Positions 11,521 through 25,792 of a stretch of 64,000 bases of DNA are shown here, in pieces. The stretch lies in NCBI GenBank assembly GCA_964016885.1, contig OZ024758.1:33542001-33606000 (forward strand), read 5' to 3'. The notes beneath the pieces were generated by a model that saw only the letters and a list, made by a program, of their open reading frames with translations, made no database searches and had not been told where the DNA came from. Origin of the DNA: Eledone cirrhosa. Its lineage: Eukaryota. The position numbers were made by a program, and so were the translations under genes. The stretch's first letter is position 1, and each line of letters starts with the position of its first letter.

Positions 11521-14500
11521 ATGGTATTAGCTGTCAGAAGTAACTCCATTGTTGGTGAGATTTCATTTAAGTCATGGTACTAGCTGTCAGAAGTAACTCC
11601 ACTGTTGGTGAGAATTCATTTAAGTTCATGGTACTAGCTGTCAGAAGTAACTCCACTGTTGGTGAGAATTCATTTAAGTTCATTGTATTAGCTGTCAGAA
11701 GTAACTCCACTGTTGGTGAGAATTCATTTAAGTTCATGGTACTAGCTGTCAGAAGTAACTCCACTGTTGGTGAGAATTCATTTAAGTTCATGGTACTAGC
11801 TGTCAGAAGTAACACCAATGTTGGTGAGAATTCATTTAAGTTCATGGTATTAGCTGTCAGAAGTAACTCCACTGTTGGTGAGAATTCATTTAAGTTCATG
11901 GTACTAGCTGTCAGAAGTAACTCCACTGTTGGTGAGAATTCATTTAAGTTCATGGTATTAGCTGTCAGAAGTCACTCCAATGTTGGTGAGAATTCATTTA
12001 AGTTCATGGTATTAGCTGTCAGAAGTCACTCCACTGTTGGTGAGAATTCATTTAAGTTCATGGTACTAGCTGTCAGAAGTAACCCCAATGTTGGTGAGAA
12101 TTCATTTAAGTTCATGGTATTAGCTGTCAGAAGTCACTCCAATGTTGGTGAGAATTCATTTAAGTTCATGGTATTAGCTGTCAGAAGGAACTCCACTGTT
12201 GGTGAGAATTCATTTAAGTTCATGGTACTAGCTGTCAGAAGTAACTCCACTGTTGGTGAGAATTCATTTAAGTTCATGGTATTAGTTTGTCAGAAGTAAC
12301 TCCACTGTTGGTGAGAATTCATTTAAGTCATGGTATTAGTTGTCAGAAGTAACTCTAATGTTGGTGAGAATTCATTTAAGTCATGGTACTAGCTGTCAGA
12401 AGTAACTCCAATGTTGGTGAGAATTCATTTAAGTTCATGGTATTAGCTGTCAGAAGGAACTCCACTGTTGGTGAGAATTCATTTAAGTTCATGGTATTAG
12501 CTGTCAGAAGTAACTCCACCGTTGGTGAGAATTCATTTAAGTTCATGGTACTAGCTGTCAGAAGTAACTCCAATGTTGGTGAGAATTCATTTAAGTTCAT
12601 GGTATTAGCTGTCAGAAGTAACTCCACTGTTGGTGAGAATTCATTTAAGTTCATGGTACTAGCTGTCAGAAGTAACTCCAATGTTGGTGAGAATTCATTT
12701 AAGTTCATGGTATTAGCTGTCAGAAGGAACTCCACTGTTGGTGGGAATTCATTTAAGTTCATGGTATTAGCTGTCAGAAGTAACTCCACTGTTGGTGAGA
12801 ATTCATTTAAGTCATGGTATTAGCCATCAGAAGTAACTCCATTGTTGGTGAGAATTCATTTAAGTCATGGTACTAGCTGTCAGAAGTAACTCCAATGTTG
12901 GTGAGAATTCATTTAAGTTCATGGTATTAGTTTGTCAGAAGTAACTCCACTGTTGGTGAGAATTCATTTAAGTCATGGTACTAGTTGTCAGAAGTAACTC
13001 CAATGTAGGTGAGAATTCATTTAAGTTCATGGTACTAGCTGTCAGAAGTAACTCCATTGTTGGTGGGAATTCATTTAAGTTCATGGTACTAGCTGTCAGA
13101 AGTAACTCCACTGTTGGTGAGAATTCATTTAAGTTCATGGTATTAGTTTGTCAGAAGTAACTCCACTGTTGGTGAGAATTCATTTAAGTCATGGTATTAG
13201 TTGTCAGAAGTAACTCCAATGTTGGTGAGAATTCATTTAAGTCATGGTACTAGCTGTCAGAAGTAACTCCACTGTTGGTGAGAATTCATTTAAGTTCATG
13301 GTATTAGTTTGTCAGAAGTAACTCCACTGTTGGTGAGAATTCATTTAAGTCATGGTATTAGTTGTCAGAAGTAACTCCAATGTTGGTGAGAATTCATTTA
13401 AGTCATGGTACTAGCTGTCAGAAGTAACTCCAATGTTGGTGAGAATTCATTTAAGTTCATGGTATTAGCTGTCAGAAGGAACTCCACTGTTGGTGAGAAT
13501 TCATTTAAGTTCATGGTATTAGCTGTCAGAAGTAACTCCACTGTTGGTGTGAATTCATTTAAGTTCATGGTACTAGCTGTCAGAAGTAACTCCACTGTTG
13601 GTGAGAATTCATTTAAGTCATGGTATTAGCTGTCAGAAGTAACTCCAATGTTGGTGAGAATTCATTTAAGTTCATGGTATTAGCTGTCAGAAGTAACTCC
13701 ACTGTTGGTGAGAATTCATTTAAGTTCATGGTATTAGCTGTTAGAAGTATCTCCACTGTTGGTGAGAATTCATTTAAGTTCATGTTACTAGCTGTCAGAA
13801 GTAACTCCACTGTTGGTGAGAATTCATTTAAGTTCATGGTATTAGCTGTCAGAAGTAACTCCAATGTTGGTGAGAATTCATTTAAGTTCATGGTATTAGC
13901 TGTCAGAAGTAACTCCACTGTTGGTGAGAATTCATTGAAGTTCATGGTATTAGCTGTCAGAAGTAACTCCACTGTTGGTGAGAATTCATTTAAGTTCATG
14001 GTACTAGCTGTCAGAAGTAACTCCACTGTTGGTGAGAATTCATTTAAGTTCATGGTAATAGTTTGTCAGAAGTAACTCCACTGTTGGTGAGAATTCATTT
14101 AAGTCATGGTATTAGTTGTCAGAAGTAACTCCAATGTTGGTGAGAATTCATTTAAGTTCATGGTACTAGCTGTCAGAAGTAACTCCACTGTTGGTGAGAA
14201 TTCATTTAAGTTCATGGTATTAGCTGTCAGAAGTAACTCCACTGTTGGTGAGAATTCATTTAAGTCATGGTATTAGCTGTCAGAAGTAACTCCATTGTTG
14301 GTGAGATTTCATTTAAGTCATGGTACTAGCTGTCAGAAGTAACTCCACTGTTGGTGAGAATTCATTTAAGTTCATGGTACTAGCTGTCAGAAGTAACTCC
14401 ACTGTTGGTGAGAATTCATTTAAGTTCATGGTATTAGCTGTCAGAAGTAACTCCATTGTTGGTGAGAATTCATTTAAGTTCATGGTACTAGCTGTCAGAA

Positions 14501-17500
14501 GTAACTCCACTGTTGGTGAGAATTCATTTAAGTTCATGGTACTAGCTGTCAGAAGTAACTCCAATGTTGGTGAGAATTCATTTAAGTTCATGGTATTAGC
14601 TGTCAGAAGTAACTCCACTGTTGGTGAGAATTCATTTAAGTTCATGGTACTAGCTGTCAGATGTAACTCCACTGTTGGTGAGAATTCATTTAAGTTCATG
14701 GTATTAGCTGTCAGAAGTCACTCCAATGTTGGTGAGAATTCATTTAAGTTCATGGTATTAGCTGTCAGAAGTCACTCCACTGTTGGTGAGAATTCATTTA
14801 AGTTCATGGTACTAGCTGTCAGAAGTAACCCCAATGTTGGTGAGAACTCATTTAAGTTCATGGTATTAGCTGTCAGAAGTCACTCCACTGTTGGTGAGAA
14901 TTCATTTAAGTTCATGGTATTAGCTGTCAGAAGTCACTCCAATGTTGGTGAGAATTCATTTAAGTTCATGGTATTAGCTGTCAGAAGTCACTCCACTGTT
15001 GGTGAGAATTCATTTAAGTTCATGGTACTAGCTGTCAGAAGTAACCCCAATGTTGGTGAGAATTCATTTAAGTTCATGGTATTAGCTGTCAGAAGTCACT
15101 CCAATGTTGGTGAGAATTCATTTAAGTTCATGGTATTAGCTGTCAGAAGTAACTCCACTGTTGGTGAGAATTCATTTAAGTTCATGGTATTAGCTGTCAG
15201 AAGTAACTCCACTGTTGGTGAGAATTCATTTAAGTTCATGGTATTAGCTGTCAGAAGGAACTCCACTGTTGGTGAGAATTCATTTAAGTTCATGGTACTA
15301 GCTGTCAGAAGTAACTCCACTGTTGGTGAGAATTCATTTAAGTTCATGGTATTAGTTTGTCAGAAGTAACTCCACTGTTGGTGAGAATTCATTTAAGTCA
15401 TGGTATTAGTTGTCAGAAGTAACTCCAATGTTGGTGAGAATTCATTTAAGTCATGGAACTAGCTGTCAGAAGTAACTCCAATGTTGGTGAGAATTCATTT
15501 AAGTTCATGGTATTAGCTGTCAGAAGGAACTCCACTGTTGGTGAGAATTCATTTAAGTTCATGGTATTAGCTGTCAGAAGTAACTCCACTGTTGGTGAGA
15601 ATTCATTTAAGTTCATGGTACTAGCTGTCAGAAGTAACTCCAATGTTGGTGAGAATTCATTTAAATTCATGGTATTAGCTGTCAGAAGTAACTCCACTGT
15701 TGGTGAGAATTCATTTAAGTTCATGGTACTAGCTGTCAGAAGTAACTCCAATGTTGGTGAGAATTCATTTAAGTTCATGGTATTAGCTGTCAGAAGGAAC
15801 TCCACTGTTGGTGGGAATTCATTTAAGTTCATGGTATTAGCTGTCAGAAGTAACTCCACTGTTGGTGAGAATTCATTTAAGTCATGGTATTAGCCATCAG
15901 AAGTAACTCCATTGTTGGTGAGAATTCATTTAAGTCATGGTACTAGCTGTCACAAGTAACTCCACTGTTGGTGAGAATTCATTTAAGTTCATGGTATTAG
16001 TTTGTCAGTAGTAACTCCACTGTTGGTGAGAATTCATTTAAGTCATGGTACTAGTTGTCAGAAGTAACTCCAATGTTGGTGAGAATTCATTTAAGTTCAT
16101 GGTACTAGCTGTCAGAAGTAACTCCATTGTTGGTGGGAATTCATTTAAGTTCATGGTACTAGCTGTCAGAAGTAACTCCACTGTTGGTGAGAATTCATTT
16201 AAGTTCATGGTATTAGTTTGTCAGAAGTAACTCCACTGTTGGTGAGAATTCATTTAAGTCATGGTATTAGTTGTCAGAAGTAACTCCAATGTTGGTGAGA
16301 ATTCATATAAGTCATGGTACTAGCTGTCAGAAGTAACTCCAATGTTGGTGAGAATTCATTTAAGTTCATGGTATTAGCTGTCAGAAGGAACTCCACTGTT
16401 GGTGAGAATTCATTTAAGTTCATGGTATTAGCTGTCAGAAGTAACTCCACTGTTGGTGAGAATTCACTTAAGTTCATGGTACTAGCTGTCAGAAGTAACT
16501 CCAATGTTGGTGAGAATTCATTTAAGTTCATGGTATTAGCTGTCAGAAGTAACTCCACTGTTGGCGAGAATTCATTTAAGTCATGGTATTAGTTGTCAGA
16601 AGTAACTCCACTGTTGGTGAGAATTCATTTAAGTTCATGGTACTAGCTGTCAGAAGTAACTCCACTGTTGGTGAGAATTCATTTAAGTCATGGTATTAGT
16701 TGTCAGAAGTAACTCCAATGTTGGTGAGAATTCATTTAAGTTCATGGTATTAGCTGTCAGAAGGAACTCCACTGTTGGTGAAAAATTCAATTAAGTTCAT
16801 GGTATTAGCTGTCAGAAGGAACTCCAATATTGGTGAGAATTCATTTAAGTCATGGTACTAGCTGTCAGAAGTAACTCCACTGTTAGTGAGAATTCATTTA
16901 AGTTCATGGTATTAGCTGTCAGAAGGAACGCCACTGTTGGTGAGAATTCATTTAAGTTCATGGTATTAGCTGTCAGAAGTAACTCCACTGTTGGTGAGAA
17001 TTCATTTAAGTTCATGGTACTAGCTGTCAGAAGTAACTCCAATGTTGGTGAGAATTCATTTAAGTTCATGGTATTAGCTGTCAGAAGGAACTCCACTGTT
17101 GGTGAGAATTCATTTAAGTTCATGGTATTAGCTGTCAGAAGTAACACCACTGTTGGTGCGAATTCATTTAAGTCATGGTATTAGCTGTCAGAAGTAACTC
17201 CATTGTTGGTGAGAATTCATTTAAGTCATGGTACTAGCTGTCAGAAGTAACTCCACTGTTGGTGAGAATTCATTTAAGTTCATGGTATTAGTTTGTCAGA
17301 AGTAACTCCACTGTTGGTGAGAATTCATTTAAGTCATGGTATTAGTTGTCAGAAGTAACTCCAATGTTGGTGAGAATTCATTTAAGTTCATGGTACTAGC
17401 TGTCAGAAGTAACTCCATTGTTGGTGAGAATTCATTTAAGTTCATGGTACTAGCTGTCAGAAGTAACTCCACTGTTGGTGAGAATTCATTTAAGTTCATG

Positions 17501-19760
17501 GTATTAGTTTGTCAGAAGTAACTCCACTGTTGGTGAGAATTCATTTAAGTCATGGTATTAGTTGTCAGAAGTAACTCCAATGTTGGTGAGAATTCATTTA
17601 AGTCCTGGTACTAGCTGTCAGAAGTAACTCCAATGTTGGTGAGAATTCATTTAAGTTCATGGTATTAGCTGTCAGAAGGAACTCCACTGTTGGTGAGAAT
17701 TCATTTAAGTTCATGGTATTAGCTGTCAGAAGTAACTCCACTGTTGGTGAGAATTCATTTAAGTTCATGGTACTAGCTGTCAGAAGTAACTCCAATGTTG
17801 GTGAGAATTCATTTAAGTTCATGGTATTAGCTGTCAGAAGTAACTCCACTGTTGGTGAGAATTCATTTAAGTTCATGGTATTAGCTGTCAGAAGTAACTC
17901 CAATGTTGGTGAGAATTCATTTAAGTTCATGGTATTAGCTGTCAGAAGTAACTCCACTGTTGGTGAGAATTCATTTAAGTTCATGGTATTAGCTGTCAGA
18001 AGTAACTCCACTGTTGGTGAGAATTCATTTAAGTTCATGGTATTAGTTTGTCAGAAGTAACTCCACTGTTGGTGAGAATTCATTTAAGTCACGGTATTAG
18101 TTGTCAGAAGTAACTCCAATGTTGGTGAGAATTCATTTAAGTTCATGGTACTAGCTGTCAGAAGTAACTCCACTGTTGGTGAGAATTCATTTAAGTTCAT
18201 GGTATTAGCTGTCAGAAGTAACTCCACTGTTGGTGAGAATTCATTTAAGTCATGGTATTAGCTGTCAGAAGTAACTCCATTGTTGGTGAGAATTCATTTA
18301 AGTCATGGTACTAGCTATCAGAAGTAACTCCACTGTTGGTGAGAATTCATTTAAGTTCATAGTACTAGCTGTCAGAAGTAACTCCACTGTTGGTGAGAAT
18401 TCATTTAAGTTCATGGTACTAGCTGTCAGAAGTAACTCCACTGTTTGTGAGAATTCATTTAAGTTCATGGTACTAGCTGTCATAAGTAACTCCACTGTTG
18501 GTGAGAATTCATTTAAGTTCATGGTATTAGCTGTCAGAAGTCACTCCAATGTTGGTGAGAATTCATTTAAGTTCATGGTATTAGCTCTCAGAAGTCACTC
18601 CACTGTTGGTGAGAATTCATTTAAGTTCATGGTACTAGCTGTCAGAAGTAACCCCAATGTTGGTGAGAATTCATTTAAGTTCATGGTATTAGCTGTCAGA
18701 ACTCACTCCAATGTTGGTGAGAATTCATTTAAGTTCATGGTATTAGCTGTCAGAAGTAACTCCAATGTTGGTGAGAATTCATTTAAGTTCATGGTATTAG
18801 CTGTCAGAAGGAACTCCACTGTTGGTGAGAATTCATTTAAGTTCATGGTACTAGCTGTCAGAAGTAACTCCACTGTTGGTGAGAATTCATTTAAGTTCAT
18901 GGTATTAGTTTGTCAGAAGTAACTCCACTGTTGGTGAGAATTCATTTAAGTGATGGTATTAGTTGTCAGAAGTAACTCCAATGTTGGTGAGAATTCATTT
19001 AAGTCATGGTACTAGCTGTCAGAAGTAACTCCAATGTTGGTGAGAATTCATTTAAGTTCATGGTATTAGCTGTCAGAAGGAACTCCACTGTTGGTGAGAA
19101 TTCATTTAAGTTCATGGTATTAGCTGTCAGAAGTAACTCCACTGTTGGTGAGAATTCATTTAAGTTCATGGTACGAGCTGTCAGAAGTAACTCCAATGTT
19201 GGTGAGAATTCATTTAAGTTCATGGTATTAGCTGTCAGAAGTAACTCCACTGTTGGTGAGAATTCATTTAAGTCATGGTATTAGCTGTCAGAAATAACTC
19301 CAATGTTGGTGAGAATTCATTTAAGTTCATGGTATTAGCTGTCAGAAGTAACTCCACTGTTGGTGAGAATTCATTTAAGTTCATGGTATTAGCTGTCAGA
19401 AGTAACTCCACTGTTGGTGAGAATTCATTTAAGTTCATGGTACTAGCTGTCAGAAGTAACTCCACTGTTGGTGAGAATTCATTTAAGTTCATGGTATTAG
19501 TTTGTCAGAAGTAACTCCACTGTTGGTGAGAATTCATTTAAGTCATGGTATTAGTTGTCAGAAGTAACTCCAATGTTGGTGAGAATTCATTTAAGTTCAT
19601 GGTATTAGCTGTCAGAAGTAACTCCACTGTTGGTGAGAATTCATTTAAGTTCATGGTATTAGCTGTCAGAAGGAACGCCACTGTTGGTGAGAATTCATTT
19701 AAGTTCATGGTATTAGCTGTCAGAAGTAACTCTACTGTTGGTGAGAATTCATTTAAGTTC

Positions 19761-21050
19761 ATGGTACTAGCTGTCAGAAGTAACTCCAATGTTGGTGAGA
19801 ATTCATTTAAGTTCATGGTATTAGCTGTCAGAAGGAACTCCACTGTTGGTGGGAATTCATTTAAGTTCATGGTATTAGCTGTCAGAAGTAACTCCACTGT
19901 TGGTGAGAATTCATTTAAGTCATGGTATTAGCCATCAGAAGTAACTCCATTGTTGGTGAGAATTCATTTAAGTCATGGTACTAGCTGTCACAAGTAACTC
20001 CACTGTTGGTGAGAATTCATTTAAGTTCATGGTATTAGTTTGTCAGAAGTAACTCCACTGTTGGTGAGAATTCATTTAAGTCATGGTACTAGTTGTCAGA
20101 AGTAACTCCAATGTTGGTGAGAATTCATTTAAGTTCATGGTACTAGCTGTCAGAAGTAACTCCATTGTTGGTGAGAATTCATTTAAGTTCATGGTACTAG
20201 CTGTCAGAAGTAACTCCACTGTTGGTGAGAATTCATTTAAGTTCATGGTATTAGTTTGTCAGAAGTAACTCCACTGTTGGTGAGAATTCATTTAAGTCAT
20301 GGTATTAGCTGTCAGAAGTAACTCCAATGTTGGTGAGAATTCATTTAAGTCATGGTACTAGCTGTCAGAAGTAACTCCAATGTTGGTGAGAATTCATTTA
20401 AGTTCATGGTACTAGCTGTCAGAAGTAACTCCAATGTTGGTGAGAATTCATTTAAGTTCATGGTATTAGCTGTCAGAAGGAACTCCACTGTTGGTGGGAA
20501 TTCATTTAAGTTCATGGTATTAGCTGTCAGAAGTAACTCCACTGTTGGTGAGAATTCATTTAAGTCATGGTATTAGCCATCAGAAGTAACTCCATTGTTG
20601 GTGAGAATTCATTTAAGTCATGGTACTAGCTGTCACAAGTAACTCCACTGTTGGTGAGAATTCATTTAAGTTCATGGTATTAGTTTGTCAGAAGTAACTC
20701 CACTGTTGGTGAGAATTCATTTAAGTCATGGTACTAGTTGTCAGAAGTAACTCCAATGTTGGTGAGAATTCATTTAAGTTCATGGTACTAGCTGTCAGAA
20801 GTAACTCCATTGTTGGTGAGAATTCATTTAAGTTCATGGTACTAGCTGTCAGAAGTAACTCCACTGTTGGTGAGAATTCATTTAAGTTCATGGTATTAGT
20901 TTGTCAGAAGTATCTCCACTGTTGGTGAGAATTCATTTAAGTCATGGTATTAGTTGTCAGAAGTAACTCCAATGTTGGTGAGAATTCATTTAAGTCATGG
21001 TACTAGCTGTCAGAAGTAACTCCAATGTTGGTGAGAATTCATTTAAGTTC
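19761..21050. repeat. Second, unrelated 12-monomer (645 bp) tandem duplication
   Basis: The GGGAATTC, TAGCCATC and GTCACAAG variants recur at a 645-bp offset (ORF ends 19931/20576; ORF starts 20083/20728). Confidence 0.85.
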
Positions 21051-21427
21051 ATGGTATTAGCTGTCAGAAGTAACTCCACTGTTGGTGAGAATTCATTTAA
21101 GTTCATGGTACTAGCTGTCAGAAGTAACTCCAATGTTGGTGAGAATTCATTTAAGTTCATGGTATTAGCTGTCAGAAGTAACTCCACTGTTGGTGAGAAT
21201 TCATTTAAGTCATGGTATTAGTTGTCAGAAGTAACTCCACTGTTGGTGAGAATTCATTTAAGTTCATGGTACTAGCTGTCGGAAGTAACTCCACTGTTGG
21301 TGAGAATTCATTTAAGTTCATGGTATTAGTCTGTCAGAAGTAACTCCACTGTTGGTGAGAATTCATTTAAGTCATGGTATTAGTTGTCAGAAGTAACTCC
21401 AATGTTGGTGAGAATTCATTTAAGTTC

Positions 21428-24400
21428 ATGGTATTAGCTGTCAGAAGGAACTCCACTGTTGGTGAAAAATTCAATTAAGTTCATGGTATTAGCTGTCAGA
21501 AGGAACTCCAATATTGGTGAGAATTCATTTAAGTCATGGTACTAGCTGTCAGAAGTAACTCCACTGTTGGTGAGAATTCATTTAAGTTCATGGTATTAGC
21601 TGTCAGAAGGAACGCCACTGTTGGTGAGAATTCATTTAAGTTCATGGTATTAGCTGTCAGAAGTAACTCCACTGTTGGTGAGAATTCATTTAAGTTCATG
21701 GTACTAGCTGTCAGAAGTAACTCCAATGTTGGTGAGAATTCATTTAAGTTCATGGTATTAGCTGTCAGAAGGAACTCCACTGTTGGTGAGAATTCATTTA
21801 AGTTCATGGTATTAGCTGTCAGAAGTAACACCACTGTTGGTGCGAATTCATTTAAGTCATGGTATTAGCTGTCAGAAGTAACTCCATTGTTGGTGAGAAT
21901 TCATTTAAGTCATGGTACTAGCTGTCAGAAGTAACTCCACTGTTGGTGAGAATTCATTTCAGTTCATGGTATTAGTTTGTCAGAAGTAACTCCACTGTTG
22001 GTGAGAATTCATTTAAGTCATGGTATTAGTTGTCAGAAGTAACTCCAATGTTGGTGAGAATTCATTTAAGTTCATGGTACTAGCTGTCAGAAGTAACTCC
22101 ATTGTTGGTGAGAATTCATTTAAGTTCATGGTACTAACTGTCAGAAGTAACTCCACTGTTGGTGAGAATTCATTTAAGTTCATGGTATTAGTTTGTCAGA
22201 AGTAACTCCACTGTTGGTGAGAATTCATTTAAGTCATGGTATTAGTTGTCAGAAGTAACTCCAATGTTGGTGAGAATTCATTTAAGTCATGGTACTAGCT
22301 GTCAGAAGTAACTCCAATGTTGGTGAGAATTCATTTAAGTTCATGGTATTAGCTGTCAGAAGGAACTCCACTGTTGGTCAGAATTCATTTAAGTTCATGG
22401 TATTAGCTGTCAGAAGTAACTCCACTGTTGGTGAGAATTCATTTAAGTTCATGGTACTAGCTGTCAGAAGTAACTCCAATGTTGGTGAGAATTCATTTAA
22501 GTTCATGGTATTAGCTGTCAGAAGTAACTCCACTGTTGGTGAGAATTCATTTAAGTTCATGGTATTAGCTGTCAGAAGTAACTCCAATGTTGGTGAGAAT
22601 TCATTTAAGTTCATGGTATTAGCTGTCAGAAGTAACTCCACTGTTGGTGAGAATTCATTTAAGTTCATGGTATTAGCTGTCAGAAGTAACTCCACTGTTG
22701 GTGAGAATTCATTTAAGTTCATGGTATTAGTTTGTCAGAAGTAACTCCACTGTTGGTGAGAATTCATTTAAGTCATGGTATTAGTTGTCAGAAGTAACTC
22801 CAATGTTGGTGAGAATTCATTTAAGTTCATGGTACTAGCTGTCAGAAGTAACTCCACTGTTGGTGAGAATTCATTTAAGTTCATGGTATTAGCTGTCAGA
22901 AGTAACTCCACTGTTGGTGAGAATTCATTTAAGTCATGGTATTAGCTGTCAGAAGTAACTCCATTGTTGGTGAGAATTCATTTAAGTCATGGTACTAGCT
23001 ATCAGAAGTAACTCCACTGTTGGTGAGAATTCATTTAAGTTCATAGTACTAGCTGTCAGAAGTAACTCCACTGTTGGTGAGAATTCATTTAAGTTCATGG
23101 TACTAGCTGTCAGAAGTAACTCCACTGTTTGTGAGAATTCATTTAAGTTCATGGTACTAGCTGTCATAAGTAACTCCACTGTTGGTGAGAATTCATTTAA
23201 GTTCATGGTATTAGCTGTCAGAAGTCACTCCAATGTTGGTGAGAATTCATTTAAGTTCATGGTATTAGCTCTCAGAAGTCACTCCACTGTTGGTGAGAAT
23301 TCATTTAAGTTCATGGTACTAGCTGTCAGAAGTAACCCCAATGTTGGTGAGAATTCATTTAAGTTCATGGTATTAGCTGTCAGAAGTCACTCCAATGTTG
23401 GTGAGAATTCATTTAAGTTCATGGTATTAGCTGTCAGAAGTAACTCCACTGTTGGTGAGAATTCATTTAAGTTCATGGTATTAGCTGTCAGAAGTAACTC
23501 CACTGTTGGTGAGAATTCATTTAAGTTCATGGTACTAGCTGTCAGAAGTAACTCCAATGTTGGTGAGAATTCATTTAAGTCATGGTATTAGCTGTCAGAA
23601 GTAACTCCATTGTTGGTGAGAATTCATTTAAGTTCATGGTACTAGCTGTCAGAAGTAACTCCACTGTTGGTGAGAATTCATTTAAGTTCATGGTATTAGT
23701 TTGTCAGAAGGAACTCCACTGTTGGTGAAAAATTCAATTAAGTTCATGGTATTAGCTGTCAGAAGGAACTCCAATATTGGTGAGAATTCATTTAAGTCAT
23801 GGTACTAGCTGTCAGAAGTAACTCCACTGTTGGTGAGAATTCATTTAAGTTCATGGTATTAGCTGTCAGAAGGAACGCCACTGTTGGTGAGAATTCATTT
23901 AAGTTCATGGTATTAGCTGTCAGAAGTAACTCCACTGTTGGTGAGAATTCATTTAAGTTCATGGTACTAGCTGTCAGAAGTAACTCCAATGTTGGTGAGA
24001 ATTCATTTAAGTTCATGGTATTAGCTGTCAGAAGGAACTCCACTGTTGGTGAGAATTCATTTAAGTTCATGGTATTAGCTGTCAGAAGTAACACCACTGT
24101 TGGTGCGAATTCATTTAAGTCATGGTATTAGCTGTCAGAAGTAACTCCATTGTTGGTGAGAATTCATTTAAGTCATGGTACTAGCTGTCAGAAGTAACTC
24201 CACTGTTGGTGAGAATTCATTTAAGTTCATGTTATTAGTTTGTCAGAAGTAACTCCACTGTTGGTGAGAATTCATTTAAGTCATGGTATTAGTTGTCAGA
24301 AGTAACTCCAATGTTGGTGAGAATTCATTTAAGTTCATGGTACTAGCTGTCAGAAGTAACTCCATTGTTGGTGAGAATTCATTTAAGTTCATGGTACTAG

Positions 24401-25792
24401 CTGTCAGAAGTAACTCCACTGTTGGTGAGAATTCATTTAAGTTCATGGTATTAGTTTGTCAGAAGTAACTCCACTGTTGGTGAGAATTCATTTAAGTTCA
24501 TGGTATTAGTTGTCAGAAGTAACTCCAATGTTGGTGAGAATTCATTTAAGTCATGGTACTAGCTGTCAGAAGTAACTCCAATGTTGGTGAGAATTCATTT
24601 AAGTTCATGGTATTAGCTGTCAGAAGGAACTCCACTGTTGGTGAGAATTCATTTAAGTTCATGGTATTAGCTGTCAGAAGTAACTCCACTGTTGGTGAGA
24701 ATTCATTTAAGTTCATGGTACTAGCTGTCAGAAGTAACTCCAATGTTGGTGAGAATTTATTTAAGTTCATGGTATTAGCTGTCAGAAGTAACTCCACTGT
24801 TGGTGAGAATTCATTTAAGTTCATGGTATTAGCTGTCAGAAGTAACTCCAATGTTGGTGAGAATTCATTTAAGTTCATGGTATTAGCTGTCAGAAGTAAC
24901 TCCACTGTTGGTGAGAATTCATTTAAGTTCATGGTATTAGCTGTCAGAAGTAACTCCACTGTTGGTGAGAATTCATTTAAGTTCATGGTATTAGTTTGTC
25001 AGAAGTAACTCCACTGTTGGTGAGAATTCATTTAAGTCATGGTATTAGTTGTCAGAAGTAACTCCAATGTTGGTGAGAATTCATTTAAGTTCATGGTACT
25101 AGCTGTCAGAAGTAACTCCACTGTTGGTGAGAATTCATTTAAGTTCATGGTATTAGCTGTCAGAAGTAACTCCACTGTTGGTGAGAATTCATTTAAGTCA
25201 TGGTATTAGCTGTCAGAAGTAACTCCATTGTTGGTGAGAATTCATTTAAGTCATGGTACTAGCTATCAGAAGTAACTCCACTGTTGGTGAGAATTCATTT
25301 AAGTTCATAGTACTAGCTGTCAGAAGTAACTCCACTGTTGGTGAGAATTCATTTAAGTTCATGGTACTAGCTGTCAGAAGTAACTCCACTGTTTGTGAGA
25401 ATTCATTTAAGTTCATGGTACTAGCTGTCATAAGTAACTCCACTGTTGGTGAGAATTCATTTAAGTTCATGGTATTAGCTGTCAGAAGTCACTCCAATGT
25501 TGGTGAGAATTCATTTAAGTTCATGGTATTAGCTCTCAGAAGTCACTCCACTGTTGGTGAGAATTCATTTAAGTTCATGGTACTAGCTGTCAGAAGTAAC
25601 CCCAATGTTGGTGAGAATTCATTTAAGTTCATGGTATTAGCTGTCAGAAGTCACTCCAATGTTGGTGAGAATTCATTTAAGTTAATGGTATTAGCTGTCA
25701 GAAGTAACTCCACTGTTGGTGAGAATTCATTTAAGTTCATGGTATCAGCTGTCAGAAGTAACTCCACTGTTGGTGAGAATTCATTTAAGTTC
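21428..25792. repeat. 42-monomer (2263-2264 bp) higher-order repeat, ~2 tandem copies, with a further copy starting at 16744 (offset 4684)
   Basis: The private markers GTGAAAAATTCAATT, AATATTGG, AACACC...GTGCGAAT, GCTATC, CATAAG and GCTCTC occur in the same order in the copies starting at 16744, 21428 and 23690. ORF triplets 16852/21536/23799 and 18305/22989/25253 match. Confidence 0.9.
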
